Of a stretch of DNA of 64,000 nucleotides, positions 7,723-16,698 are shown piece after piece. The first letter of the stretch is position 1. Each line of letters begins with the position of its first letter. The translations under genes and the position numbers were made by a program. Under the pieces are notes generated by a model, which saw only the letters and a program-made list of their open reading frames with translations, had not been told where the DNA came from and ran no database searches. The DNA comes from Clostridia bacterium. GTDB lineage: Bacteria > Bacillota > Clostridia > Christensenellales > QALW01. The stretch spans positions 64,539 to 128,538 of the forward strand of contig JAZQII010000043.1 of assembly GCA_045541035.1 (NCBI GenBank), written 5' to 3'.

Positions 7723-9243
7723 TTATTTTATATATTCATTTAATTTTTCAGTGTCAAGCTTATCAAAGCTCTTAAGCACGGGATAAAGCTTTTGTGCGAT
7801 GATCTTTACGCCGCCTTCAATATTACTTTCAATATTAAGCGGCATTAAAGGCTCGTGCAGGGACATTCTTAATAGGAACCAACCATCACCGTCTTCAGCA
7901 TCAAAGGATACTCGGATGCCCTCGTAGTTATCGGGAGCAACTTTCCATCCATCAGCTTCTTTTGCATAAGCGCTGACTGCACCAATAACTTTCTCCCCGA
8001 AAGGTTTGAAATCATCAAGTGCAATGTTCATTCTGAACTCTTTGCTTTCAATGGGTTCTTCAAGACCTAAAAGAAGATCTTCCAGCTTTTTGCCCTGTTC
8101 CTTAAGTTGTGCAGCCTTAATAAGAAGTTTCGTTACTAAATATGCACCGTCATCAAGGAAATAGTTTTCCTTTAATGCCGCATGACCGCTTGTTTCAATG
8201 GCTAAAGGACAATACTGTCCCTCTTTATTAAGACGGATAGCCTCGTTTATAACGTTCTTATATCCGCGTTTAAAACGGTGATGCATTCCGCCGTGATTTT
8301 CAATAAACTTTTTAAGTCCGCTTGAGGTGATAGAATCTGTAACTATAACCGCAGGCTTTCTTTCTTCAAGGAGAATTGCCGAAATAAGTGCAATAAGTTT
8401 GTTTCGGTTTATTTCCTTACCGCATGAATCAACTGCGCCTGCGCGGTCCACGTCAGTATCGAAAATAATACCCATATCAGCCTTGGCATTTATTACTGCG
8501 CGTGTTACGAATCCCATTGCTTCTTCATTTTCAGGATTGGGAATATGGTTAGGGAACGTTCCGTCAGGCTCTAAAAACTGACTTCCCGTTGTATCTGCCC
8601 CTAAAGGCTCAAGAACTTTTGTAGCATAGAATCCGCCTGCGCCGTTGCCTGCATCAACAACTACTTTAAATCCTTTTAACGGCTTTTCAAAATTTTCCTT
8701 TGAATTAACGGCATTGCGCACCTTATTTACAAGAATTTCAGCATAGTTTGACAAAAAATCATATTCTGAAACCTTGCCTTCTTTATAAGGAAGTTTCTTT
8801 CCCTCTTGGGCATTCTCAAGAATAGCCTCAATATCAGAACTTTCACATCCGCCTGCTTTAGTGAAGAACTTTAAACCGTTTCTGTCATAAGGCAAATGGC
8901 TTGCAGTGATCTGAATTGAACCGTCGCAATCAAGTTCAGGCACAATATTTGTCATAAACATTGCAGGTGTTGAAATGAGCCCGCAATCAAAAACAGTAAT
9001 GCCTGCATCTTTAAGTGCAGAAATTACAGCCGTTTTAATTCTTTGTGCGGAAATTCTTGAATCGTGCCCTACCGCTACCTTAAGTTCATCTTCACCTACA
9101 GTATCTTTAAGCCAGCAAGCAAAGCCGGAAGCAATAGCGCTTACCTTTTCATCTGTAAGATTTACTTTGCCGTTTTCACTTTCAACAGCAATGCCTCTTA
9201 TATCAGAGCCGTTTTTTAAATTTTTCCATTCTTTTTCTAACAT
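7723..9243 (-). CDS. Phosphoglucomutase/phosphomannomutase family protein (alpha-D-phosphohexomutase)
   Basis: 506 aa with the phosphoserine loop TASHLPYDRNG and the metal loop FDTDVDR. Confidence 0.85.
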   Translation of the reverse strand: MLEKEWKNLKNGSDIRGIAVESENGKVNLTDEKVSAIASGFACWLKDTVGEDELKVAVGHDSRISAQRIKTAVISALKDAGITVFDCGLISTPAMFMTNIVPELDCDGSIQITASHLPYDRNGLKFFTKAGGCESSDIEAILENAQEGKKLPYKEGKVSEYDFLSNYAEILVNKVRNAVNSKENFEKPLKGFKVVVDAGNGAGGFYATKVLEPLGADTTGSQFLEPDGTFPNHIPNPENEEAMGFVTRAVINAKADMGIIFDTDVDRAGAVDSCGKEINRNKLIALISAILLEERKPAVIVTDSITSSGLKKFIENHGGMHHRFKRGYKNVINEAIRLNKEGQYCPLAIETSGHAALKENYFLDDGAYLVTKLLIKAAQLKEQGKKLEDLLLGLEEPIESKEFRMNIALDDFKPFGEKVIGAVSAYAKEADGWKVAPDNYEGIRVSFDAEDGDGWFLLRMSLHEPLMPLNIESNIEGGVKIIAQKLYPVLKSFDKLDTEKLNEYIK

Positions 9244-9277
9244 AACTTATCCACCATTTGAAAAAATCTTTTTGTTA

Positions 9278-9306
9278 ATTATATGAAAAAACATGGGTTT
9301 TGTCAA
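9278..9306 (-). promoter_or_regulatory. Consensus sigma-A promoter of the phosphohexomutase gene
   Basis: On the minus strand, TTGACA (9306-9301), a 17-nt spacer, then TATAAT (9283-9278). Confidence 0.65.
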
Positions 9307-9398
9307 TAAAAAGGACATCTTTCAATGGTTTATTTTTTGTTGTGTTAATTTACATTATATGATAAAATGTTAAATAGTTTATTTTAAGGAGTATTTTT

Positions 9399-10310
9399 AT
9401 GAACAAAATACGGCAAAACGTATTTCCCATTCTTGCGGCAATTATTTGGGGCCTTGCATTTTCTGCACAGTCTGATTGCGCAGAAAAAGGCATGGAACCT
9501 TTTACGTTTAATATGTTAAGAGCGCTTATTGCAACGGTGGTTTTGTTTTTTGTTGCAATAATTTTCTCTAAAGGTTTTAAAAATATCAAAACTCAATTGT
9601 CAGACAAAACCTATCTTAAAGATCTTTTGCTTGGCGGTCTTTGCTGCGGAACGGCTTTGTTCCTTGCATCAAATCTTCAGCAAGCGGCTTTTTCAAGCGA
9701 AACAGAAAGCGGTAAAGTTGGCTTTATTACAGTTTTTTATCTTATGTTAGTACCGATTTTCGGTTTGTTTATAAAAAGAAAAGCACCTTTAAACGTATGG
9801 ATAAGCGTTGTAATTGCATTGATCGGAATGTACTTTCTCTGCGTTGAATCGGGAACTGCTTTTAACGTAAACATTCATGATCTTTACGCTTTCTTATGCG
9901 CTATAATGTTTGCAATACAAATTCTTTTTATTGACCATTTTGCAAACAAAGTAAACGGCGTGCATCTTTCATTTATGCAATTCTTATTTGTAACCATTTT
10001 CTCTTGTGCAGGAATGCTGATCTTTGAAACACCGTCAATTGCCGTTACAGTTGATTGTTTTTGGCAGGTTGCTTACGTTGGTGTATTTTCTTCAGGCGTT
10101 GCTTACACTTTGCAGATTCTTGCCCAAAAAGGCTCAAACCCAACGGTCGTTTCCATTTTATTAAGCCTTGAATCTGTTTTTGCAGTTATTTTCGGCGCAA
10201 TAATTTTACATGAAGTTATGTCGGCGCGCGAATATATCGGTTGCGGAATTATGTTTGTTGCAGTTATTCTTGCCCAATTGCCAATGAGGAGAAAACGCCA
10301 TGAAAGTTAA
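9399..10310 (+). CDS. DMT superfamily transporter (EamA family)
   Basis: 303 aa, about 10 predicted hydrophobic helices, two EamA-like halves. Confidence 0.75.
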   Translation: MNKIRQNVFPILAAIIWGLAFSAQSDCAEKGMEPFTFNMLRALIATVVLFFVAIIFSKGFKNIKTQLSDKTYLKDLLLGGLCCGTALFLASNLQQAAFSSETESGKVGFITVFYLMLVPIFGLFIKRKAPLNVWISVVIALIGMYFLCVESGTAFNVNIHDLYAFLCAIMFAIQILFIDHFANKVNGVHLSFMQFLFVTIFSCAGMLIFETPSIAVTVDCFWQVAYVGVFSSGVAYTLQILAQKGSNPTVVSILLSLESVFAVIFGAIILHEVMSAREYIGCGIMFVAVILAQLPMRRKRHES

Positions 10311-10425
10311 GATGTCTGTTATCATGCTTATTCTTGGTATCGTTTTTATTCCGCTTGTATTTGTTCATTGGCTTTTTATCATCGCCGCAATATTTGCATT
10401 TATTTCATCAGCACTTTTAAGATAA
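10300..10425 (+). CDS. Candidate 41-aa two-helix membrane micro-protein (absent from the ORF track)
   Basis: ATG at 10300, with GGAGA eight nt upstream, overlaps the EamA stop. It translates as MKVKMSVIMLILGIVFIPLVFVHWLFIIAAIFAFISSALLR and ends just before the terminator. Confidence 0.35.
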   Translation: MKVKMSVIMLILGIVFIPLVFVHWLFIIAAIFAFISSALLR

Positions 10426-10464
10426 AAAATACCGCCCTCTTTTTTGAGAGCGGTACTTTTTATT
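10424..10464. terminator. Bidirectional intrinsic terminator
   Basis: TACCGCCCTC (10430-10439) pairs with GAGAGCGGTA (10446-10455) with one mismatch. It is flanked by an A-run and a T-run. Confidence 0.65.
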
Positions 10465-10783
10465 CGTTAATGATTGCTTCTAACTGTTGTTTAGTTCTGT
10501 ATCCGATGATAGTCTTTTTTGCTTCGCCATCCTTAAAGAGGATCATACACGGAATACTGTTGATTGAAAATCTTTCTGCAAGATTATTGTTTTCATCAAC
10601 GTTTACCTTTGCAACAACAATATTATTGTTTTCTGCTGCAAGTGCCTCAAGTTCGGGCTGAACCATTTTGCAAGGTCCGCACCATTCCGCATAGAAATCA
10701 ACTAAAACAGGAGCCGAGCATGCTTCAACTTCCTGACGGAACGTTCCTTCCGTCACATGCTTAATTTCTGCCATAATCTTCAC
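10460..10783 (-). CDS. trxA: Thioredoxin
   Basis: 107 aa with the WCGPC active site. Confidence 0.9.
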   Translation of the reverse strand: MKIMAEIKHVTEGTFRQEVEACSAPVLVDFYAEWCGPCKMVQPELEALAAENNNIVVAKVNVDENNNLAERFSINSIPCMILFKDGEAKKTIIGYRTKQQLEAIINE

Positions 10784-10818
10784 CTATAAATTCTGCCTTT
10801 CGGCTTTTTTACAATATG

Positions 10819-10847
10819 ATTATCATATAAAATCCGTTTTCTGTCAA
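10819..10847 (-). promoter_or_regulatory. Candidate promoter of trxA
   Basis: On the minus strand, TTGACA (10847-10842), a 17-nt spacer, then GATAAT (10824-10819). Confidence 0.5.
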
Positions 10848-10929
10848 ACGAAATCGTACAAGTATATATTAAATTTACATTTTAGTCATTTTTATATTGA
10901 TTTTTTTGGTTTTACAGTAAAAAAAATAA

Positions 10930-10958
10930 TTGATTATATAAAAAAAATGTGATATACT
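10930..10958 (+). promoter_or_regulatory. Candidate promoter of purC
   Basis: TTGATT (10930-10935), a 17-nt spacer, then TATACT (10953-10958) with a TG extension. Confidence 0.5.
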
Positions 10959-10994
10959 TTATCCATAAATTTAAAATTGCGGAGGTTTTTTTCT

Positions 10995-11696
10995 ATGAAA
11001 CAATTGTATGTTGGTAAAACTAAAAATGTTTATGCTCTTGATAACGGCAACGTTCTTTTAAAGTTTAAGGACGACTGCACCGGCAAAGACGGTGTTTTTG
11101 ATCCCGGTGAGAACAGCGTTGGTCTTACTATTGAGGGTATCGGTAAAGCAAATCTTCAGACCTCTGTTTACTATTTTGAGATGCTTAAAAAGGCAGGCAT
11201 CAAAACTCACTACGTAAGCGCTGATATCGACAACGCTACTATGGAAGTTCTCCCTGCTGAAAACTTTGGCAAAGCTCAGGGCGGTAACGGTCTTGAGGTT
11301 ATCTGCCGTCTTGTTGCAACAGGAAGTTTTGTAAGAAGATACGGCGAATACATTAAGGACGGTACAGTTTTAGAAGGTGGCTACGTTGAATGCACCTTCA
11401 AGAACGATGAAAAAGGCGATCCGTTAGTTACGGGCGAAGGTCTTGCCGCTCTTAAGGTTATGACTCCTGAAATGTTTGCAAGCATGAAAGAACAGACCTT
11501 AAAGATCACAAAGATCGTTGCTGACGACCTTAAAACAATCGGCTTAGACCTTTGGGATATTAAGTTTGAGTTCGGCTACACCAACAATGGCGAAGTTGTT
11601 CTTATCGACGAAATTGCTTCAGGCAATATGCGCGTTTATAAGGGCGATAAGATCGTTGAACCCGTTGAACTTACAAAACTTATTTTGAACAGATGA
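10995..11696 (+). CDS. purC: Phosphoribosylaminoimidazole-succinocarboxamide synthase (SAICAR synthetase)
   Basis: [15 protein letters not shown] is a typical PurC N-terminus. The ATG at 10995 is preceded by GCGGAGG. Confidence 0.9.
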   Translation: MKQLYVGKTKNVYALDNGNVLLKFKDDCTGKDGVFDPGENSVGLTIEGIGKANLQTSVYYFEMLKKAGIKTHYVSADIDNATMEVLPAENFGKAQGGNGLEVICRLVATGSFVRRYGEYIKDGTVLEGGYVECTFKNDEKGDPLVTGEGLAALKVMTPEMFASMKEQTLKITKIVADDLKTIGLDLWDIKFEFGYTNNGEVVLIDEIASGNMRVYKGDKIVEPVELTKLILNR

Positions 11697-12208
11697 AAAA
11701 AATAGTATGCACGATTCTTTGTGCAATATTGATTTTATCCTGCTCTGCCTGCGATCTTGCAAAAGATATTTTCACAAAGTCGGTATCTATTACTGATGCA
11801 GAAAAAGTATTTGAGCATGAGGATTTTAGTATCACATTAACAACCGGCTTCCTGACTATGGATTTCATTTCGGAAGATTTCTCCTTTATCTGGGGTGACG
11901 GAATTATTACCGTTATGGGCATGGAAGCAGGCATTGGCGTTGATGAAATAACACTATCGGAATATGCTGAATTTTTCAGCCAGAATCTTGACGGTGTTAA
12001 CAGCGTTAAGACAGATACTCTTGATGATACTATCCCCTGCGTTGAATATAGCGTGGATAATGACGGTGAAATGTATAGTTATCTTACTTGCTTTTATGAA
12101 GCAAAAGATGACATTTGGGTAATATTGTTTGGCGCTCCCGAAAGCGACTATACAAAATATTATGAATCCATCTGCAAGTACGCCCGATCAGCAAAGGTTA
12201 GTAAATAA
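11693..12208 (+). CDS. Hypothetical lipoprotein
   Basis: Signal peptide with a lipobox (LILSCSAC). The start overlaps the purC stop (ATGA). Confidence 0.6.
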   Translation: MKKIVCTILCAILILSCSACDLAKDIFTKSVSITDAEKVFEHEDFSITLTTGFLTMDFISEDFSFIWGDGIITVMGMEAGIGVDEITLSEYAEFFSQNLDGVNSVKTDTLDDTIPCVEYSVDNDGEMYSYLTCFYEAKDDIWVILFGAPESDYTKYYESICKYARSAKVSK

Positions 12209-12216
12209 AAAAATTA

Positions 12217-12249
12217 AAAGGTGCGAAATATCGCACCTTTGTTTTTTTT
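12217..12249. terminator. Bidirectional intrinsic terminator
   Basis: AAAGGTGCGA-AATA-TCGCACCTTT followed by GTTTTTTTT, with an A-rich upstream flank. Confidence 0.75.
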
Positions 12250-12274
12250 ATAATAGAAATTTCTGTTTAATCAA

Positions 12275-13183
12275 TTAATAAGAGGACATTAGAAGATTAT
12301 AATACCAAACACCAAAACAAATTATTCCAATTATAATGCATATCACAATTATTGCTGTTTTCATAATTCCTTTTTGTTTTTCTTCCTCTACCGCAGATGA
12401 AAAAGAAGGAATAATATGTTCAGGCTCAATTTTTTTGATTTGCTCATGCATTTTTACAATATTCTTATTACAAATATCTTTTCCCTGAGCAGTAAGATTC
12501 AAACTATCTCGTTGGATTTCGTAAAGTTTTATAATCCACATATATATTGATTTTATCTTGCTTTTTTGATTTAATTCATATTTTGCAATAATGTTTTGCA
12601 AAGAAACTGCATACTCATCAAGTAATGAAACAAACAATGATTCTGTTTCAGATTTATTTGTTTTAGTTACATTTCCATACCCATCTTTCCATTCAGTAAA
12701 AACATAACTGCTAAACGACATATTTATTATATCGTTTGTTATCTTTTCTAAAAAAACAAACTGTTCAGGCTCTTTCTCCATATTATAATTATCATCAATA
12801 ATGGATACACTATTTTGTAAAACTTTAAAAGCTGCCTGTCTTTTATAGATATCATCACTGGTTAAAGATGTTTTCGCTTTACCAAATGCACTATAAAAAA
12901 TCGCTTCAATATTGGTAGGATCATTTTGCTCAACCATATTGTAATATTTTTCTACCTCTTCCCAATCCTCTTTTTCATAGGCTCTTCGAGCGTTTGTGAG
13001 ATATTTTTCTACAAATGCAGAATTATCCACTTTTACAGTTCCTTGTACATCAACAGTTCCTTCAATCATCATTTTTTTTGCTTCTTCAACAGAATATTTG
13101 ATTCCGCAGAACTGACATACAAAGAACCCATCTTCCTTTACAAATTCTGTGCCATTGCACATTTCACAAGTCATTGCTTTCAT
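12275..13183 (-). CDS. Zinc-ribbon membrane-anchored protein of unknown function
   Basis: CEMCNG...CQFCG zinc ribbon at the N-terminus, a helical middle part and a single C-terminal TM (IIVICIIIGIICFGVWYY). The start is set at MKAMTCEMC, which has a GGAGGG RBS. Confidence 0.6.
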   Translation of the reverse strand: MKAMTCEMCNGTEFVKEDGFFVCQFCGIKYSVEEAKKMMIEGTVDVQGTVKVDNSAFVEKYLTNARRAYEKEDWEEVEKYYNMVEQNDPTNIEAIFYSAFGKAKTSLTSDDIYKRQAAFKVLQNSVSIIDDNYNMEKEPEQFVFLEKITNDIINMSFSSYVFTEWKDGYGNVTKTNKSETESLFVSLLDEYAVSLQNIIAKYELNQKSKIKSIYMWIIKLYEIQRDSLNLTAQGKDICNKNIVKMHEQIKKIEPEHIIPSFSSAVEEEKQKGIMKTAIIVICIIIGIICFGVWYYNLLMSSY

Positions 13184-13229
13184 TTTCTTACCCTCCATCT
13201 AATTTTTTGTGAAATGATTTTGTCATTTC

Positions 13230-13268
13230 TTGTCTATTATAGCATACATTTTATATTTTGTCTATTAT
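13230..13268. promoter_or_regulatory. Two direct TTGTCTATTAT repeats in the divergent promoter region (candidate operator)
   Basis: The identical 11-mer occurs at 13230-13240 and 13258-13268, with starts 28 bp apart, between the zinc-ribbon gene and the XRE gene. Confidence 0.4.
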
Positions 13269-13312
13269 CGTAGACTGTATTTTATCTATTTTTTGTTATC
13301 CTAAATATAAGG

Positions 13313-13561
13313 GTGATGAAAATGGACTTTAATAAATATTCGGCAGGAAAAGTAATAAAAAAATTAAGAAAAGAAAAAAACCTCTCACAAGAGGTTTTAA
13401 GTGGATTTGCCTGCATTGCCAGAAGTCATCTTGCAATGATCGAATCAGGCACTAAACAGCCTAATTTTGAAACCATATGGAAAATTGCTTGTGCTTTGGA
13501 GATTCCGCCCCACAAGCTCGTTGAAATGATTGAAATTGAAACTAAAAATGCAGAAAATTAA
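13313..13561 (+). CDS. XRE family helix-turn-helix transcriptional regulator
   Basis: About 80 aa with a Cro/C1-type HTH (LSQEVLSGFACIARSHLAMIESGTKQPNFETIWKIACAL). The exact start is uncertain (13313, 13316 or 13322). Confidence 0.8.
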   Translation: MMKMDFNKYSAGKVIKKLRKEKNLSQEVLSGFACIARSHLAMIESGTKQPNFETIWKIACALEIPPHKLVEMIEIETKNAEN

Positions 13562-13562
13562 A

Positions 13563-13596
13563 AGGTGCTGATTTTTTGTCAGCACCTAATTTTTTA
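13563..13596. terminator. Bidirectional intrinsic terminator (XRE gene / aspS)
   Basis: AGGTGCTGA (13563-13571) pairs with TCAGCACCT (13579-13587). T-runs follow on both strands. Confidence 0.75.
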
Positions 13597-15384
13597 TTCT
13601 TTTTCAGCGGTGGATTGAATAAACAATTCGTCCATCTGTTTTTGTTCAACCACGTCGGGAGCGCCGGTAAGGAGACAGGATGCGTTCTGCATTTTGGGGA
13701 ATGCAATAACGTCCTTAATATTGTCTGCGCCTGCAAGGAGCATAACAAGACGGTCAAAGCCAAGAGCAAGTCCGCCATGAGGAGGTGCGCCATACTTAAA
13801 TGCTTCAACAAGGAAGCCGAAACGGTCTTCAATATCTTCATCCTTAAAGCCAAGAAGATTGAACATTCTGTTCTGAATTTCAGAAGAATGGATTCTGATA
13901 CTTCCGCCGCCAAGTTCATAGCCGTTTAATACGATATCGTAAGCCTTTGCACGAACTTTGCCGGGATCGGATTCAAGAATGGGAAGGTCTTCATCCATAG
14001 GTGAAGTAAAGGGATGGTGAACTGCAACGTAGCGGTCCTCTTCCTCAGAATACTCTAAAAGGGGGAATTCCGTTACCCAAACGAACTCGAAGGAGTTTTC
14101 GGGAATAAGATTTAATCTTCTTGCGATCTCCTGACGAAGCTGACCTAATGAATCGAATACAACGTTATTTTTATCGGCAACTGCAAAGATAATATCACCG
14201 TTTTCGGCGCCCATAAATTCAGCAATCTCATCAAACTGCTCTTTAGTGAAGAATTTATTTACACTTGTTCTGTAGCCTTCTTCGTTCTTGATGATCCAAA
14301 CAAGACCTTTAGCGCGGTAAGTTTTAATATACTCCTGAAGAGAATCAATATCTTTTCTTGAGAACTTATCAGCACAGTTTTTGGCTAAAATGGCACGAAC
14401 ACTACCGCCGTTCTTGATAGCATCGGTAAATACCGAGAATTCACAATTTTCAACTAAAGAAGAAATATTCTTTAATTCCATACCAAAACGAAGGTCAGGT
14501 TTATCTGAACCGTAATTTTCCATTGCATCACAATATTTCATGCGACGAATAGGAAGTTTTACGTCAACATCAAGAGTTTCCTTGAAAACCTTCTTTAAGA
14601 GGCCCTCGGTCATAGTCATAACGTCGTTTTCCTCAACAAAGGAAAGTTCCATATCTATCTGTGTGAACTCAGGCTGACGGTCAGCACGAAGGTCTTCATC
14701 ACGGAAGCAACGTGCGATCTGGAAATAGCGGTCAAAGCCTGACACCATTAAAAGCTGTTTAAAAAGCTGTGGTGACTGAGGAAGTGCAAAGAATGTTCCA
14801 GGCTGAACACGTGAGGGAACAAGATAGTCTCTTGCGCCTTCAGGAGTGCTCTTTGTAAGCATAGGAGTTTCGATCTCTAAAAAACCGTTATCGGTAAGAT
14901 AGTTTCTTGTTGCGCTTGCAACACGAGAGCGCATAATAAAGTTATGCTGCATTGAAGGTCTGCGAAGGTCAAGATAGCGGTATTTAAAGCGAAGTGCCTC
15001 GTTTACGGAAACACCGTCATTAACCTCAAAAGGTGTAACTGCGGCTTCGGAAAGAATCTTTACTTCCGTTACCTCAATTTCAATTTCGCCTGTTTTAAGT
15101 TCTTTATTTACGTTTTCAGGTGTACGGGCAATAACAGTACCGGTAACTGCAAGAACGAACTCACTTCTAACGTGTTGGATGCTGTCAAAAAGCTCCTTAT
15201 TTTTTGTGCCGTCCCATACTGCCTGAACGATACCGCTTCTGTCACGAAGCCACATAAACACAAGTCCGCCAAGATCACGTCTGCGCTGAACCCAGCCCAT
15301 AACCGTCTGGCTTGTACCGATATGTGCGCTTGTTAATTCACCGCACATTATTGTTCTTTTTAATCCGTTTAAAACTTCAGCCAT
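13594..15384 (-). CDS. aspS: Aspartate--tRNA ligase
   Basis: 596 aa, class II aaRS with an N-terminal OB fold. FRDEDLRADRQPEFTQID and GGGSIRIH motifs are present. Confidence 0.95.
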   Translation of the reverse strand: MAEVLNGLKRTIMCGELTSAHIGTSQTVMGWVQRRRDLGGLVFMWLRDRSGIVQAVWDGTKNKELFDSIQHVRSEFVLAVTGTVIARTPENVNKELKTGEIEIEVTEVKILSEAAVTPFEVNDGVSVNEALRFKYRYLDLRRPSMQHNFIMRSRVASATRNYLTDNGFLEIETPMLTKSTPEGARDYLVPSRVQPGTFFALPQSPQLFKQLLMVSGFDRYFQIARCFRDEDLRADRQPEFTQIDMELSFVEENDVMTMTEGLLKKVFKETLDVDVKLPIRRMKYCDAMENYGSDKPDLRFGMELKNISSLVENCEFSVFTDAIKNGGSVRAILAKNCADKFSRKDIDSLQEYIKTYRAKGLVWIIKNEEGYRTSVNKFFTKEQFDEIAEFMGAENGDIIFAVADKNNVVFDSLGQLRQEIARRLNLIPENSFEFVWVTEFPLLEYSEEEDRYVAVHHPFTSPMDEDLPILESDPGKVRAKAYDIVLNGYELGGGSIRIHSSEIQNRMFNLLGFKDEDIEDRFGFLVEAFKYGAPPHGGLALGFDRLVMLLAGADNIKDVIAFPKMQNASCLLTGAPDVVEQKQMDELFIQSTAEKE

Positions 15385-15388
15385 ATTA

Positions 15389-16639
15389 TTAACCTCTTAA
15401 AACATTTATGATTTCTTCAGGCGCAAGTTCCTTTTGCTCGCCCGTGGACATATCTTTTAAAACATATTTACCGTTTTCAAGTTCATTTGAACCGATTACA
15501 ACGGTATACTTAACGTCAAGCTTGCCTGCATACTTGAACTGTGCCTTAAATGAACGCTTATTGTGATCGCCTTCGGCAGAAATACCGTTATTGCGCAATT
15601 CCTGAACAAGTTTAAAGGCAGCAATTCTTTCTTCATCAGATGCACCTGAAACAACGTAAACCTTGAAAAGTTCAGGTTTTTCAGGGATAAGATTCTGTTC
15701 TTCCAAAAGGATAAGCAAACGCTCAATGCCCATACCGAAGCCGATACCGCAGATATCCTTATCGCCAAGCTGACGAACTAAACCGTCATATCTGCCGCCG
15801 CCGCAAACGGTAAGATCGTTTCCGTCAACAGTTGCAATAATTTCAAAAACGGTTTTGGTATAGTAGTCAAGACCGCGAACAATGCGGGGATTAACCTTAA
15901 AGGGAATCTCCATTTCGCCTAAAATCTTTTTAAGCATTTCAAAGTGATCGCGACATTCATCGCAGATATAATCAAGAATTACGGGAGCGTTATCAGCATC
16001 TCTTCCGCAGTCAACATCCTTACAGTCAAGAATGCGCATGGGGTTGCGCTCTAATCTGCTCTTGCAAGTTTCGCAAAGTTTTTTATCTGAAAAATATTCC
16101 TTTAATGCCTGATTATACTTTTCGCGGCAATGGGGACAGCCGATATTGTTGATGTTAAGGCTTAATCCCTGAAGACCGCATTTTTTAAGCACAGAAAAAC
16201 CAAGCATAATAACTTCGGCATCCAAAGTTGCTTCGCTTCCGCCAAAGACTTCGATACCAAACTGATGATGCTCACGAAGTCTTCCGCTCTGAGGTTTTTC
16301 ATAGCGGTAAACAGGCGTAAAATAAAACATTTTTAAGGGAAGTGCATCGTTAAACATACCGTGTTCAATAAATGAACGGGCAGCACCTGCAGTGCCTTCA
16401 GGTTTTAAGGTGATGCTTCTATCGCCTTTATCGTTAAACGTATACATTTCTTTTTGAACAACGTCAGTAGTATCACCAACGCCACGAAGAAAAAGTTCCG
16501 TATGTTCAAAACCCGGTGTGCGAACCTCACGGTAACCGTTTACACGGGCAATTTCTTTCATAATTCCTTCTACATAATGCCATTTATAGGCTTCAAAGGG
16601 GGTAACGTCTTTAGTACCCTTAGGTGCTTGTGTAAGCAT
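15389..16639 (-). CDS. hisS: Histidine--tRNA ligase
   Basis: 416 aa with typical HisRS motifs (YRYEKPQSGRLREHHQFG, GGGRYD). Confidence 0.95.
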   Translation of the reverse strand: MLTQAPKGTKDVTPFEAYKWHYVEGIMKEIARVNGYREVRTPGFEHTELFLRGVGDTTDVVQKEMYTFNDKGDRSITLKPEGTAGAARSFIEHGMFNDALPLKMFYFTPVYRYEKPQSGRLREHHQFGIEVFGGSEATLDAEVIMLGFSVLKKCGLQGLSLNINNIGCPHCREKYNQALKEYFSDKKLCETCKSRLERNPMRILDCKDVDCGRDADNAPVILDYICDECRDHFEMLKKILGEMEIPFKVNPRIVRGLDYYTKTVFEIIATVDGNDLTVCGGGRYDGLVRQLGDKDICGIGFGMGIERLLILLEEQNLIPEKPELFKVYVVSGASDEERIAAFKLVQELRNNGISAEGDHNKRSFKAQFKYAGKLDVKYTVVIGSNELENGKYVLKDMSTGEQKELAPEEIINVLRG

Positions 16640-16698
16640 ATTTTCTCTCCTAAAAAATTAATCTATATAAATTATATTTGTTTTTTGATTTGTGTCAA

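Noticed and set aside
7501-7743. 80-aa ORF in the track (MKIHRQSADKVSRLPEFEK...)
   Set aside because: It has a GTG start directly after the AraC stop, with no RBS. The sequence is dominated by nested hairpins and a duplicated terminator. The 3' end overlaps the convergent phosphohexomutase gene. It is better explained as structured non-coding sequence.
10784-10994. Purine riboswitch upstream of purC
   Set aside because: The region is AT-rich promoter DNA. It lacks the conserved three-way junction sequences of guanine/adenine riboswitches, and the predicted leader is only about 35 nt.
13542-13929. Overlapping ORFs of 117-125 aa on both strands at the 3' end of aspS
   Set aside because: These are shadow frames of a strongly supported aspS gene. 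They are of low complexity and have no RBS.
16640-16698. Expected T-box leader upstream of hisS
   Set aside because: Only 59 nt are available. I could see no specifier-loop or T-box (AAUUAGGGUGGNACCGCG-like) sequence.
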